From Candidatus Enterousia sp. (lineage in GTDB: Bacteria; Pseudomonadota; Alphaproteobacteria; Rs-D84), in the NCBI GenBank assembly GCA_045648885.1, contig JAZROV010000002.1:6343-70342 (forward strand): 64,000 bases of DNA. Reading direction: 5' to 3'. Position 1 is the stretch's first letter; each line of letters opens with the position of its first letter. The notes under the pieces were generated by a model. It was not told the origin of the DNA, ran no database searches, and saw only the letters and a program-made list of their open reading frames with translations. Position numbers and translations under genes: made by a program. Of the stretch, positions 7,727-16,794 are shown in pieces.

Positions 7727-9259
7727 ATGGAAAATAACTATACGGTCTTGGCCAGAAAATATCGCAGCCAAGATTTTGAATCTTTGATTGGCCAGGATGT
7801 ATTGGTAAAAACATTGACCACTGCTATAAATACCGGTCGTATTGCACATGCTTATATATTCACTGGAATTCGCGGAACTGGAAAAACCAGTACTGCACGT
7901 ATTTTGGCCAAAGCGTTAAATTGTCTGTCGTCCGATGGCGCAACATCAAAACCATGCGGGAAATGTGAAAATTGTTTGGCAATCGCCGCAGGTCAACATA
8001 TTGATGTTATGGAAATCGACGCGGCATCGCATACAGGTGTTGACAACATGCGTGAAATTTTAGATGCCGCACAATATCGTCCTACAAATGCACGGTACAA
8101 GGTTTATATTATCGACGAAGTTCACATGTTATCAACCAGTGCTTTTAACGCATTGTTAAAGACATTGGAAGAACCACCTGCACATGTTATTTTTATTTTA
8201 GCAACCACTGAAATTCGTAAAGTACCAGTGACGATTTTATCGCGTTGCCAACGTTTTGATTTGGCGCGCGTGCCTGTTGAAACATTGAAAAAACATTTTG
8301 CATGGATTGCAGGTCAAGAAAACATCGAATTATCAGATGGCGCAAATGAATTATTGGCTCGCGCGGCCGATGGCTCTGTACGCGACGGTCTGTCTTTGTT
8401 GGATCAAGCGATTGCCCAAACCGGTGGTCATGTTGATGAAGGTGCGGTTTTAGATATGTTAAAACGAACAGACCGCGGAACAGTTGTGAATTTTATGCAA
8501 ACTGTGTTATCTGGGGATGTAAGTGCTGCGTTAAATAAATTAGATGAAATTTATAATAATGGAACCGATTTAACAATGCTGTTGAATGACATGATGGAAT
8601 GGACACATTGGGCGACGCGCATGTATCCGTCTTTGCGTCTGACCGATGTCACTTCATCGCCATACACTGCGGACCAACGTGAAACAATAAAACGAATCAA
8701 CGAAAATATTTCTTTGAATACGCTTTCCAGAATATGGCAGGTTATGGTCGCGTCTGTTTCCGAATTACAGGCATCCAGCAATCAAAAACAATGTTTTGAT
8801 ATGTTGATTGTGCGTTTGATGCATATTGCAGATATGCCCCCAATCTCAGAAATATTGAAACAAAAAAATGTCGAACAAAAACCGGTTATACAACCAAATG
8901 AACCCGAACAAAAATCTGAATATTTAGAAATAAAAACGTCCGAAGATTTGGCAAACGCACTGCAAAATGCACGTGAATTGTTGCTTTATTCGTATTACAG
9001 CACAAATCTTGAAATAATTGAATTTGAAAATGATCATATAAAATATTTTGATCGCAAAAATGACAAAGATTTTTCACAAAAATTGGCCATCTGGTTGAAA
9101 GATAAAACCGGGAAAAATTGGACAATTGAAAAAATAGAACAATCGACGCATCAACAAACAATTTCTGAACATACTAAATCAGAAATTGAATCTGACCCTA
9201 TGGTGGCCAGTGCCATGGATTTATTCAAAGATGCTGAAATTGTAAACATATCAAAATAA
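7727..9259 (+). CDS. dnaX: DNA polymerase III subunit gamma/tau
   Basis: 510 aa. Walker A GIRGTGKTSTARILAKALNC, zinc module CGKCENC, Walker B YIIDEVHMLS, sensor SRCQRF. Confidence 0.95.
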   Translation: MENNYTVLARKYRSQDFESLIGQDVLVKTLTTAINTGRIAHAYIFTGIRGTGKTSTARILAKALNCLSSDGATSKPCGKCENCLAIAAGQHIDVMEIDAASHTGVDNMREILDAAQYRPTNARYKVYIIDEVHMLSTSAFNALLKTLEEPPAHVIFILATTEIRKVPVTILSRCQRFDLARVPVETLKKHFAWIAGQENIELSDGANELLARAADGSVRDGLSLLDQAIAQTGGHVDEGAVLDMLKRTDRGTVVNFMQTVLSGDVSAALNKLDEIYNNGTDLTMLLNDMMEWTHWATRMYPSLRLTDVTSSPYTADQRETIKRINENISLNTLSRIWQVMVASVSELQASSNQKQCFDMLIVRLMHIADMPPISEILKQKNVEQKPVIQPNEPEQKSEYLEIKTSEDLANALQNARELLLYSYYSTNLEIIEFENDHIKYFDRKNDKDFSQKLAIWLKDKTGKNWTIEKIEQSTHQQTISEHTKSEIESDPMVASAMDLFKDAEIVNISK

Positions 9260-9275
9260 ACACGGGGGGATAAAA

Positions 9276-9704
9276 ATGAAAGAACAATCTGGACGTTCAT
9301 TAATAGAAATCGTTGGTGTTTTGGCAATCGGTGTTATTATGATTGCATCTGCATATAACATGTATCGGTCAATTGACCAGCGTCAAAAACGTATGATTGC
9401 ATACGAAGATGTAAAAGAAGTCGCCAGAAAAACGAAAATTTTATATGAATATTCCGGCTATGACGGTTTGTCTGTTTCTAAATTGGTGTCTGCCGGCGCA
9501 TTAAGCAGTTCAAACGCACCGATTGGTTCATGGACAATATCGTCATATAATGAAAACAAAGAATTTAAAATAACTCTTTCTGGTTTGACGCGTAATGAAT
9601 GCAAATATTTTGCCACGAAAAAAAGCAGTGATTGGGCATACAATACTTCTGCAAGTTGCGGTGCATCTGAATCAAATCCGTCTATTACGTTTTTTGTTAA
9701 ATAA
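9276..9704 (+). CDS. type IV pilin-like protein (conventional size)
   Basis: 142 aa. GGGGGA SD. Leader MKEQSG|RSLIEIVGVLAIGVIMIASAY (Glu at +5). C-terminal Cys pair (ECKYF..x..SASCG) like a pilin disulfide loop. Confidence 0.7.
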   Translation: MKEQSGRSLIEIVGVLAIGVIMIASAYNMYRSIDQRQKRMIAYEDVKEVARKTKILYEYSGYDGLSVSKLVSAGALSSSNAPIGSWTISSYNENKEFKITLSGLTRNECKYFATKKSSDWAYNTSASCGASESNPSITFFVK

Positions 9705-9706
9705 AA

Positions 9707-10387
9707 ATGTGGTTTAATAAAATTATTTTTATTTGTTTGGCTGGTGCGATTGCGGGTTGTGTCCAATATCACAGTCCCGGGCGTGAAACTTGGTCAACAT
9801 ATTTACGCGGGGCCAGTTTTACAGACATGACCGACACTGCACGCACTGCGAAATTACCGGTTTATATGGGGCATGGCGGAAAGATAGTGACCAGTGACGG
9901 TGCATTATCTGCAAATATGCAATACGGCGATAAAAACAATATCGATAACCGTGTGCTGATTAAATATATGGCCGATTTAGAATATGAATTATACGACGCA
10001 TTACGAAAACCTGGGATGACGGTCCAGCGCGCCGGCACAGATGTCGTTATAATATTGGTCCGCGACAGTTTGATGAAATTAAACGAACCAGATATTTCCA
10101 AAGACGGCGCTGATACTTTGCAAACCATATCGAAAATATTAAACAAATACAACGCGACATTTATGGAAATTGCAGGATATACAGATTCTATGACCAACCA
10201 AAATGCTGCGGTTGCGCTGTCTTTGGATATGGCCGAACGTGTTGGTGTGTTTTTTGCACAAAATAAAATTTCTACATCGCGTATGTTCATTGTCGGACGC
10301 GGTTCTGCCCGTCCAATCGCAGGTCAAGATGACATGGGACGTTTAACCAATCGTCGTGTTGAAATTCGACTGACGCCGGCACGATAA
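9707..10387 (+). CDS. OmpA/MotB-family peptidoglycan-binding lipoprotein
   Basis: 226 aa. Lipobox LAGAIAG|C. C-terminal OmpA-like domain (IAGYTDS..., NRRVEIRL). Starts 2 nt after the pilin stop. Confidence 0.8.
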   Translation: MWFNKIIFICLAGAIAGCVQYHSPGRETWSTYLRGASFTDMTDTARTAKLPVYMGHGGKIVTSDGALSANMQYGDKNNIDNRVLIKYMADLEYELYDALRKPGMTVQRAGTDVVIILVRDSLMKLNEPDISKDGADTLQTISKILNKYNATFMEIAGYTDSMTNQNAAVALSLDMAERVGVFFAQNKISTSRMFIVGRGSARPIAGQDDMGRLTNRRVEIRLTPAR

Positions 10388-10469
10388 ATATCAATAAAAA
10401 TGCTTTACTTTTTCATCAAAAGATTGCTATATTCGTATTATGAACAATTAAACCAAAAGGAAGAAAGAA

Positions 10470-11120
10470 ATGTCAGAAACAAATACATCTTTGAAACAAT
10501 ATACAAAAATGGGTATCATTGCCGCGGTCGCAATTGTGATTGCTTTGATTGTTGGTATTGCAATTGGTGGACGCGGTAAAAACGTAGATACAGCAACTGC
10601 GATTTCCGATGTGTCTACAAACGCGGTCAGTGCGGCTGATTTGAAAATCGCTGTTATAAATATGGATAAAATTCAAATTGATTCGAACGCATTGAAAGAT
10701 TTGCGTAACCAGCGCACTGCGTACGAAGAAAAATTAAAATCTAGAATGGAAAAAGAACAAAAAGCATTGGAAAAAGAAAAAGCCGATATCGAAAAGAACC
10801 AGGACGTTTTATCCCAAGAAGCCTTGCAACGTCGCGTGGTCGATTATCAACGCCGCGTGACAAATCTGCAACGCAGTTTGAATGAATCTGCAAATGCAAT
10901 TGACGCGTCATATCAAAACGCGTTGGCAACATTACAGAAAAAACATCTGGACCCTGTTATCGAAGGTGTCATTGCGAAAAAGAAATTGTCATTGGTTATC
11001 GATGGTCGTATGGCACGCATCGGCGGCGACGTCAAAGGATTAGACGTGACAGACGAAGTTGTGAATGCTTTGAACAAAAAAGTATCATCAGTCAAAATGG
11101 AAAAACCAAAGGGTTTTTAA
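10470..11120 (+). CDS. skp: OmpH/Skp-family periplasmic chaperone
   Basis: 216 aa. N-terminal anchor/signal, KIAVINMDKI start of the OmpH domain, long coiled-coil K/E/Q-rich arm, C-terminal LDVTDEVVNALN. Confidence 0.55.
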   Translation: MSETNTSLKQYTKMGIIAAVAIVIALIVGIAIGGRGKNVDTATAISDVSTNAVSAADLKIAVINMDKIQIDSNALKDLRNQRTAYEEKLKSRMEKEQKALEKEKADIEKNQDVLSQEALQRRVVDYQRRVTNLQRSLNESANAIDASYQNALATLQKKHLDPVIEGVIAKKKLSLVIDGRMARIGGDVKGLDVTDEVVNALNKKVSSVKMEKPKGF

Positions 11121-11134
11121 TTAATAAACAACTT

Positions 11135-11170
11135 AAAAAAAAACAACCGCCACAACGGCGGTGTTTTTTT
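11135..11170. terminator. bidirectional rho-independent terminator
   Basis: A-run, ACCGCC-acaac-GGCGGT hairpin, T7 run. Lies between convergent genes. Confidence 0.75.
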
Positions 11171-11178
11171 ATAGTGTT

Positions 11179-11535
11179 TTAACCACCGACACATCGGCTG
11201 GCGGCCGCATCTCGTTTAAACTTTTGAAGATAATCGTCAATTATGGTCTGGATAGATTTATCATCAGAATTCGTTTTATATGGAACATCAACCCTGATAT
11301 TAAACCAATTCATCCAAACACGCATTTGCCATTTATCTGAAATTCTTATAGATTCTTTGACCGCTTGGTCTATTTTGATTCCATCAACCGGTGTAAATTC
11401 TATATTGAAATCGTTCAGCCCGAAAATATCTGGACAATGTATAACATATTTGCCCAGATATTTGTTATCATCAGAATAATGTTTATATGGTTTTACCAAT
11501 ATGATATGGAACCACTTTTTCAAAGAACCTTTCAT
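11179..11535 (-). CDS. hypothetical protein
   Basis: 118-aa ORF 20 nt downstream of infB. No family recognised, and it does not resemble RbfA. Confidence 0.4.
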   Translation of the reverse strand: MKGSLKKWFHIILVKPYKHYSDDNKYLGKYVIHCPDIFGLNDFNIEFTPVDGIKIDQAVKESIRISDKWQMRVWMNWFNIRVDVPYKTNSDDKSIQTIIDDYLQKFKRDAAASRCVGG

Positions 11536-11555
11536 GATGTTGTTCCGCTTTTTAT

Positions 11556-13958
11556 TTATAATTGCGCTTTGACTTCTTGGACTTCATAGCATTCAACGCG
11601 GTCGCCCTCTTTCAGGTCGTTATATTTATCGAAACTCATACCGAATTCGACACCGTTGGATACTTCGTTGACTTCATTCTTTTCGCGACGCAATTCGCCG
11701 ATTTTTCCGTCATAGATAACGACGTTGTTCCGCAACAGGCGCACAAACGCAGATTTTTTGATTGTGCCCTCTGACACGCGACAACCGGCAACACGTGTGC
11801 CTTTGCCCACAGTGAACAAAGCGATAACATCGGCATATCCAATAAAGTTTTCGTGTTTTTCTGGCGCTAATTTTCCAGACAAAATTTCTTTGATTTCGTC
11901 TGTGATACGATAAACAACACTGTGATAACGAATATCAACACCGTTGTTGCGCGCCATATCACGCACAGCAGAATCTGCACGAACATTAAACGCAATTATA
12001 ACCGCACCCGATGCAGTCGCCAAACGAATATCGCCTTCTGTGATTTGACCAACCCCAGACGACAACAATTCAACCGCCGCTTTGTCTGAATTAAAACCAC
12101 GCAACATGTCAGAAATTGCTTCGACTGAACCTTGGACGTCTGCACGCAAAATAATTGGCAAAGTCAATTTTTTCGTTTCGTCACGTTTCGCAAACAATTC
12201 TTCGAGTGACGAACGTTTAACCGCGTTCGCTTTGTCTTTCGCTTTCTGGACACGATATGCCGCGACTTCACGTGTTTGCGCTTCGGTTTCCATAACATGC
12301 AATTCGTCGCCTGCATTTGGAACAGATTCCAAGCCCAACACCATTGCTGGCTGGCCTGGTTTAACACTTTTCACGCGAACGCCATTTGAATTTATCAGAC
12401 CGCGCACACGACCAAATGTTTCACCAACAACGAACACATCACCAACAGACAAAGTTCCCTGGCGCATCAAAACAGTTGCAACCGCACCCAGACCTTTTTC
12501 CATTTTGGCTTCGACAACATAGGCAGACGCCAGCATATCAGGATCGGCCTTTAAATCCATAATTTCAGATTGCAACAAAATTGCTTCTTCCAGTTTATCC
12601 AGACCCATTTTTGTTTTTGCAGATATTTCAACACATTGAACATCGCCGCCCATATCTTCGACCTGGACTTCTTGTTGCAACAAATCTGTTTTTACGCGCA
12701 TTGGATCGGCTTCTGGTAAATCGCATTTATTTATCGCGACAATAAACGGAACATGTGCAGCACGAATATGATTTATCGCTTCAATAGTTTGCGGCATGAT
12801 TGAATCATTCGCAGCCACAACCAAAACAACGATATCCGCAATTTGTGCGCCACGTGCGCGCATCGCTGTAAATGTTTCGTGTCCCGGTGTATCCAAAAAT
12901 GTGATTATTTCCCCAGATTTAGTTTTTACTTCATACGAAGAAATATGCTGGGTAATGCCGCCCGCTTCGCCTGCGACGACATTTGCATTACGAAACGCGT
13001 CCAACAGCGAAGTTTTACCGTGATCAACGTGGCCTACAACAGTCACAACCGGCGCACGTTTTTGTAAATTATCTGGATTTGGTTGTTGTTCCAAGATGTT
13101 TGCGTATGGTTTTACATCAACACGTTTTACCGTCGCACCAAATTCAGATGCCACCAATTCCGCAGTGTCTGCATCAATAGATTGATTTTGTGATGCCATC
13201 ATACCCATTTCCATCAATTTTTTGATGACATTACCAACCTTTTCAGCCATGGCGGCCGCCAAATCTTTCACCGTTATCGTATCAGACAGCGTCACAACAT
13301 GTTCAACCTTTTGTGGGGCAGAAAATGCTGCACGCGCTTTTTCACGAAAACGTTTCAATGACGCTTCGCTGCGACGGCGATTTGCACCACGCAGACCGAT
13401 TTCATCATCATCTTCATCTTCGCCGCCGCCGATGACAATATCATGAATTGAAATTTTACCGCTTTTGTTAAAATCTTTTTTGAAACGATTTTGTTTTCCA
13501 AAACGCGTATCATTTTCATCTTTGTCATATCCGCGATTGCCATGATTTTGCGCAGCAACATTTGATTTTTTGTTTTCGTGAGTGTTTTCACGTGGTGGAA
13601 CATTCACAATATCTTCGACAATTTGTTCCGCTTCGCTTTCACGCTGAGCCAGTTGTTCTTTGACCGCTTCGTATTCACGATTTTCGCGTTCAATTTCCGC
13701 TTCACGGGCGCGACGTTCGGCTTCTTCTTGGGCTTCACGTTTTTTGCGTTCTTCATCTCTGGCTTTGGCTGCAGCCAACACAGCGCGCAATTTTTCATCT
13801 GCTACGCTGCGTGTTGGTTCAACTTTTTTCGGTTCATCACGCAATTCGTTATTCCCAGGTGCAACAATGCGACGCCGTCTTTCGACAAAGACAGCGTCCC
13901 CTTTCTTGCTTTGCACTGCGTCAATTGTTACTGATTTTCCAAGTGTCAATGTTGCCAT
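11556..13958 (-). CDS. infB: translation initiation factor IF-2
   Basis: 800 aa. G1 [13 protein letters not shown]3 DTPGHETF, G4 NKCD, charged K/E/R-rich N-terminus. Confidence 0.97.
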   Translation of the reverse strand: MATLTLGKSVTIDAVQSKKGDAVFVERRRRIVAPGNNELRDEPKKVEPTRSVADEKLRAVLAAAKARDEERKKREAQEEAERRAREAEIERENREYEAVKEQLAQRESEAEQIVEDIVNVPPRENTHENKKSNVAAQNHGNRGYDKDENDTRFGKQNRFKKDFNKSGKISIHDIVIGGGEDEDDDEIGLRGANRRRSEASLKRFREKARAAFSAPQKVEHVVTLSDTITVKDLAAAMAEKVGNVIKKLMEMGMMASQNQSIDADTAELVASEFGATVKRVDVKPYANILEQQPNPDNLQKRAPVVTVVGHVDHGKTSLLDAFRNANVVAGEAGGITQHISSYEVKTKSGEIITFLDTPGHETFTAMRARGAQIADIVVLVVAANDSIMPQTIEAINHIRAAHVPFIVAINKCDLPEADPMRVKTDLLQQEVQVEDMGGDVQCVEISAKTKMGLDKLEEAILLQSEIMDLKADPDMLASAYVVEAKMEKGLGAVATVLMRQGTLSVGDVFVVGETFGRVRGLINSNGVRVKSVKPGQPAMVLGLESVPNAGDELHVMETEAQTREVAAYRVQKAKDKANAVKRSSLEELFAKRDETKKLTLPIILRADVQGSVEAISDMLRGFNSDKAAVELLSSGVGQITEGDIRLATASGAVIIAFNVRADSAVRDMARNNGVDIRYHSVVYRITDEIKEILSGKLAPEKHENFIGYADVIALFTVGKGTRVAGCRVSEGTIKKSAFVRLLRNNVVIYDGKIGELRREKNEVNEVSNGVEFGMSFDKYNDLKEGDRVECYEVQEVKAQL

Positions 13959-13981
13959 TTTTTAACCTTTGGTTAAATTTA

Positions 13982-14671
13982 TTATTCTTCGTCTTCGGTA
14001 TTTGGAACAATTCCATATGCTAATTCGCGCGCTTTCATAACAACACGTTCAGCCAAACTGTTCGACATATTGTCTTCGCCCAGAATTTCAACCAATTCAT
14101 CAGATGCTAAATCTGCCAAATCAGACAAAGATTTAACGTCGTTTTCACCCAATTTCATGATAATTGGACGTTTGATGAAATCGAATTTTAACAAATCGTC
14201 GCTCATACCCATTTTGTGACCATTGTCAAAATAATCTTGTTCTTGTTTTGCCAGATATGCCCGTGCACGATTTTGCAATTCAACCGCCAATTCTGTGTTA
14301 AAGCCTTCGATTGATTCCAATTCAGATTGTTCAACATAGGCGATTTCTTCGATTGTTCTGAAACCTTCTGTGATTAACAATTGCGCGATTGTATCATCGA
14401 CATCCAGTGCACCAGTAAACAATTCTGTTTTTTCTTTGAATTCTTTGGCGCGACGTTCTTGTTCTTCTGCTTCGTTCATGACATCGATATTCCAACCTGT
14501 TAATTGAGACGCCAAACGAACATTTTGACCACGACGACCAATTGCCAAAGATTGTTGATCTTCGGTCACAACAACCGCAGCAGTATGTGTATCTTCGTCA
14601 ACAATGATTTTTGCGACCTTGGCTGGTTGCATAGCATTCACGATAAACACAGCAGGATCTTCTGAATACAA
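13982..14671 (-). CDS. nusA: NusA, C-terminal segment (KH domains and acidic tail)
   Basis: ..DPAVFIVNAMQPAKVAKIIVDEDTHTAAVVV..AIGRRGQNVRLASQLTGWNIDVM aligns to E. coli NusA as I recall it. Same reading frame as 14687..15529. Confidence 0.85.
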   Translation of the reverse strand: MYSEDPAVFIVNAMQPAKVAKIIVDEDTHTAAVVVTEDQQSLAIGRRGQNVRLASQLTGWNIDVMNEAEEQERRAKEFKEKTELFTGALDVDDTIAQLLITEGFRTIEEIAYVEQSELESIEGFNTELAVELQNRARAYLAKQEQDYFDNGHKMGMSDDLLKFDFIKRPIIMKLGENDVKSLSDLADLASDELVEILGEDNMSNSLAERVVMKARELAYGIVPNTEDEE

Positions 14672-14686
14672 AATAACATCGATTTT

Positions 14687-15529
14687 TTAACCATGACATT
14701 CGTTGATAACCGGTTGAATACGTGTTCCCTTAATACCGACAGTCATCCCCACTGCATCAATAGATGGATCCTGGGTTTCAACTGCGATTTTTGCATGCGA
14801 ACCCGGCGCACGTGATACAGATTTAATTTTGATAATACCTTCATAGATTTCAGGCACTTCCTGGGTGAATAATTTTTCCATAAAGCCCGGATGTGTTCTG
14901 GTCAAGAAAATTTGTGGACCTGAATTAGAACGCACAACGTCCATAATCAACGCACGAACACGATCACCCACAGCCAGACGTTCGCCCGGAATCAATTCTG
15001 TATTTTTGATATAGCCTTCTGCTTTGCCGTTGATATCGACAAAAACGTTTCCAAATTCAATACGTTTAACAACACCACTGACGATATCACCAATATTGTC
15101 TTTGAATTCTTCGTATTGGTTGCCTTTTTCAGCATCACGCACACGCGCAGTCATAATTTGACGTGCGGTTTGAAACGCCATACGACCAAATTCTGGTTCT
15201 GGCAACATATCTTCTACAACATCGCCCACAGACGGATTTTTCGCGTATTTTTTCGCTTTTTCAACTGTCAACATCGTGTTCGCATCGTATTCATCGCCCA
15301 TACTTTCAGGTGATTCAATAACAGTAAACAAACGTTTTACATGGATTGCGCCATTTTTACGGTCAATTTGTGCAACGATATTAAACTCTTCGCCATATTT
15401 ATGTTTTGCAATCTTGGCAATCGCGATTTCCAAAGATTCAATCACAGTTTCACGATCTATCATTTTTTCTTGGGCCAAAGAATCAATCGCTAACAATAAA
15501 TCTTGACGTGGCATAGATTCAAAAGACAT
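14687..15529 (-). CDS. nusA: NusA, N-terminal segment (NTD, S1, start of KH1), ending at an in-frame TAA
   Basis: 280 aa. The N-terminal domain and S1 region (GDIVSGVVKRIEFGNVFVDI) are recognisable. It ends ..RIQPVINECHG*, where E. coli has ..RVQAVSTELGGE. Confidence 0.85.
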   Translation of the reverse strand: MSFESMPRQDLLLAIDSLAQEKMIDRETVIESLEIAIAKIAKHKYGEEFNIVAQIDRKNGAIHVKRLFTVIESPESMGDEYDANTMLTVEKAKKYAKNPSVGDVVEDMLPEPEFGRMAFQTARQIMTARVRDAEKGNQYEEFKDNIGDIVSGVVKRIEFGNVFVDINGKAEGYIKNTELIPGERLAVGDRVRALIMDVVRSNSGPQIFLTRTHPGFMEKLFTQEVPEIYEGIIKIKSVSRAPGSHAKIAVETQDPSIDAVGMTVGIKGTRIQPVINECHG

Positions 15530-15729
15530 TTTGTGTACTCCTTACGTATATTTTATTGCCTTTTTATTTTTAAAGGCGGGGTTTTTTCAACCCCGCCCTT
15601 AAAAAAAACTTTTAAGAACATCCCTATTATTATGTCCGAATCGCAAAAATGCAAGAAAAAAATGTGCCGACACGGTTCAATATGCCTTTATTCTTGACGG
15701 GTGGGAATTTGGGCTTTATACTTAAAATT

Positions 15730-16794
15730 ATGAACATTATAAACAGATATTTCAGACGCCAATTACTGGGCATTTTTGTTATGTTATTGCTGATTCTGAC
15801 GGGGTTGGCATGGATGATGCAAATTATGTCTATGATGAAGTTTTTGATAAACTATGGTGTCAGTTTTTCAAGTTTTTTATATTTAATATCTTTTATGATT
15901 CCATTTATTGTGTCTATTATCGTACCATTTATAACATTTATCGCGATAATTTTCGTATATAACAAAATGATTTCAGAAAATGAAATTACTGTTATGGCAT
16001 CAACTGGGCTGTCGCCGTGGCAGATTGCAAAACCGGCAATTAAAGTTGCTGCGATATTGACTGTGTTGCATTTGATATTAAACATATGGATTGTTCCTGC
16101 GTCCCAGGCAAAATTTTACAGTACGCAATGGAATTTGCGATACGGTTTGGCGCATTTGAAATTGCAAGAGGCCGCTTTCACAAAATTAGCCGATGGTTTG
16201 GTTGTTTATGTTGATAATGTTTCGGGCCACGATTTAAACCAGGTTATGTTGTCTGATATGCGTGATAGAAAAAATCAAATGCTGATTTTCGCAGAACGCG
16301 GGAAATTAGTATCAACCGTGCATGGATTGTCAATTGTGACAAACAATGGCTCTTTGCAGATTGCCGGCCAAAACAACAGTTTTACCACCGGTACATTTGA
16401 TAATTTTAATATGGATTTGAATTTGGTCGAAAACGATTCAGATGTGTCTTTCCGCGTTCGTCGTATTCCAACTATCAATTTATTGCGCGATGTTTTTTCT
16501 CAAGACAGTGTGCGTCAACATCATTTGACATTGGTTGAATTGGCTACGCGTTTGATAAATCCGTTTATGAATTTAATTTTAGCCATTGTTTGCACATTGA
16601 TTTTGTTAAAATCTTCGCTGTTGCGGCGTCGCGCCAGTTTTGCACCTGCGGTGGCGGTGTTATCTATGGCAGGAATTATGGCGGGTTATATGTCTTTGTC
16701 GAATATGATTGATACGATAAGTGATTTTTTGTTGATGCTTGTTGGTGTATTTGTGTTGTTATTTGTTTTAATTGGTTTATTATTAAAAAAATGA
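15730..16794 (+). CDS. LptF/LptG-family LPS export permease
   Basis: Start moved to MNIINRYFRRQLLG, the typical YjgP/YjgQ N-terminus. Six TM segments. ATGA overlap with lptD. Confidence 0.75.
   Translation: MNIINRYFRRQLLGIFVMLLLILTGLAWMMQIMSMMKFLINYGVSFSSFLYLISFMIPFIVSIIVPFITFIAIIFVYNKMISENEITVMASTGLSPWQIAKPAIKVAAILTVLHLILNIWIVPASQAKFYSTQWNLRYGLAHLKLQEAAFTKLADGLVVYVDNVSGHDLNQVMLSDMRDRKNQMLIFAERGKLVSTVHGLSIVTNNGSLQIAGQNNSFTTGTFDNFNMDLNLVENDSDVSFRVRRIPTINLLRDVFSQDSVRQHHLTLVELATRLINPFMNLILAIVCTLILLKSSLLRRRASFAPAVAVLSMAGIMAGYMSLSNMIDTISDFLLMLVGVFVLLFVLIGLLLKK

Noticed and set aside
13582-13600. Second parS site inside infB (TGTTTTCACGTGG..)
   Set aside because: Only the left half-site matches the consensus, while 4 of the 5 outer positions of the right half differ. 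It is most likely a chance match in coding sequence.
15572-15600. GGCGGGG...CCCCGCC hairpin upstream of nusA as a terminator
   Set aside because: It is not followed by a proper T-run on either strand (CTTAAAAAAAA on plus, TTTAAAAATAAAAA on minus). It may be a leader structure, but I cannot support a call.
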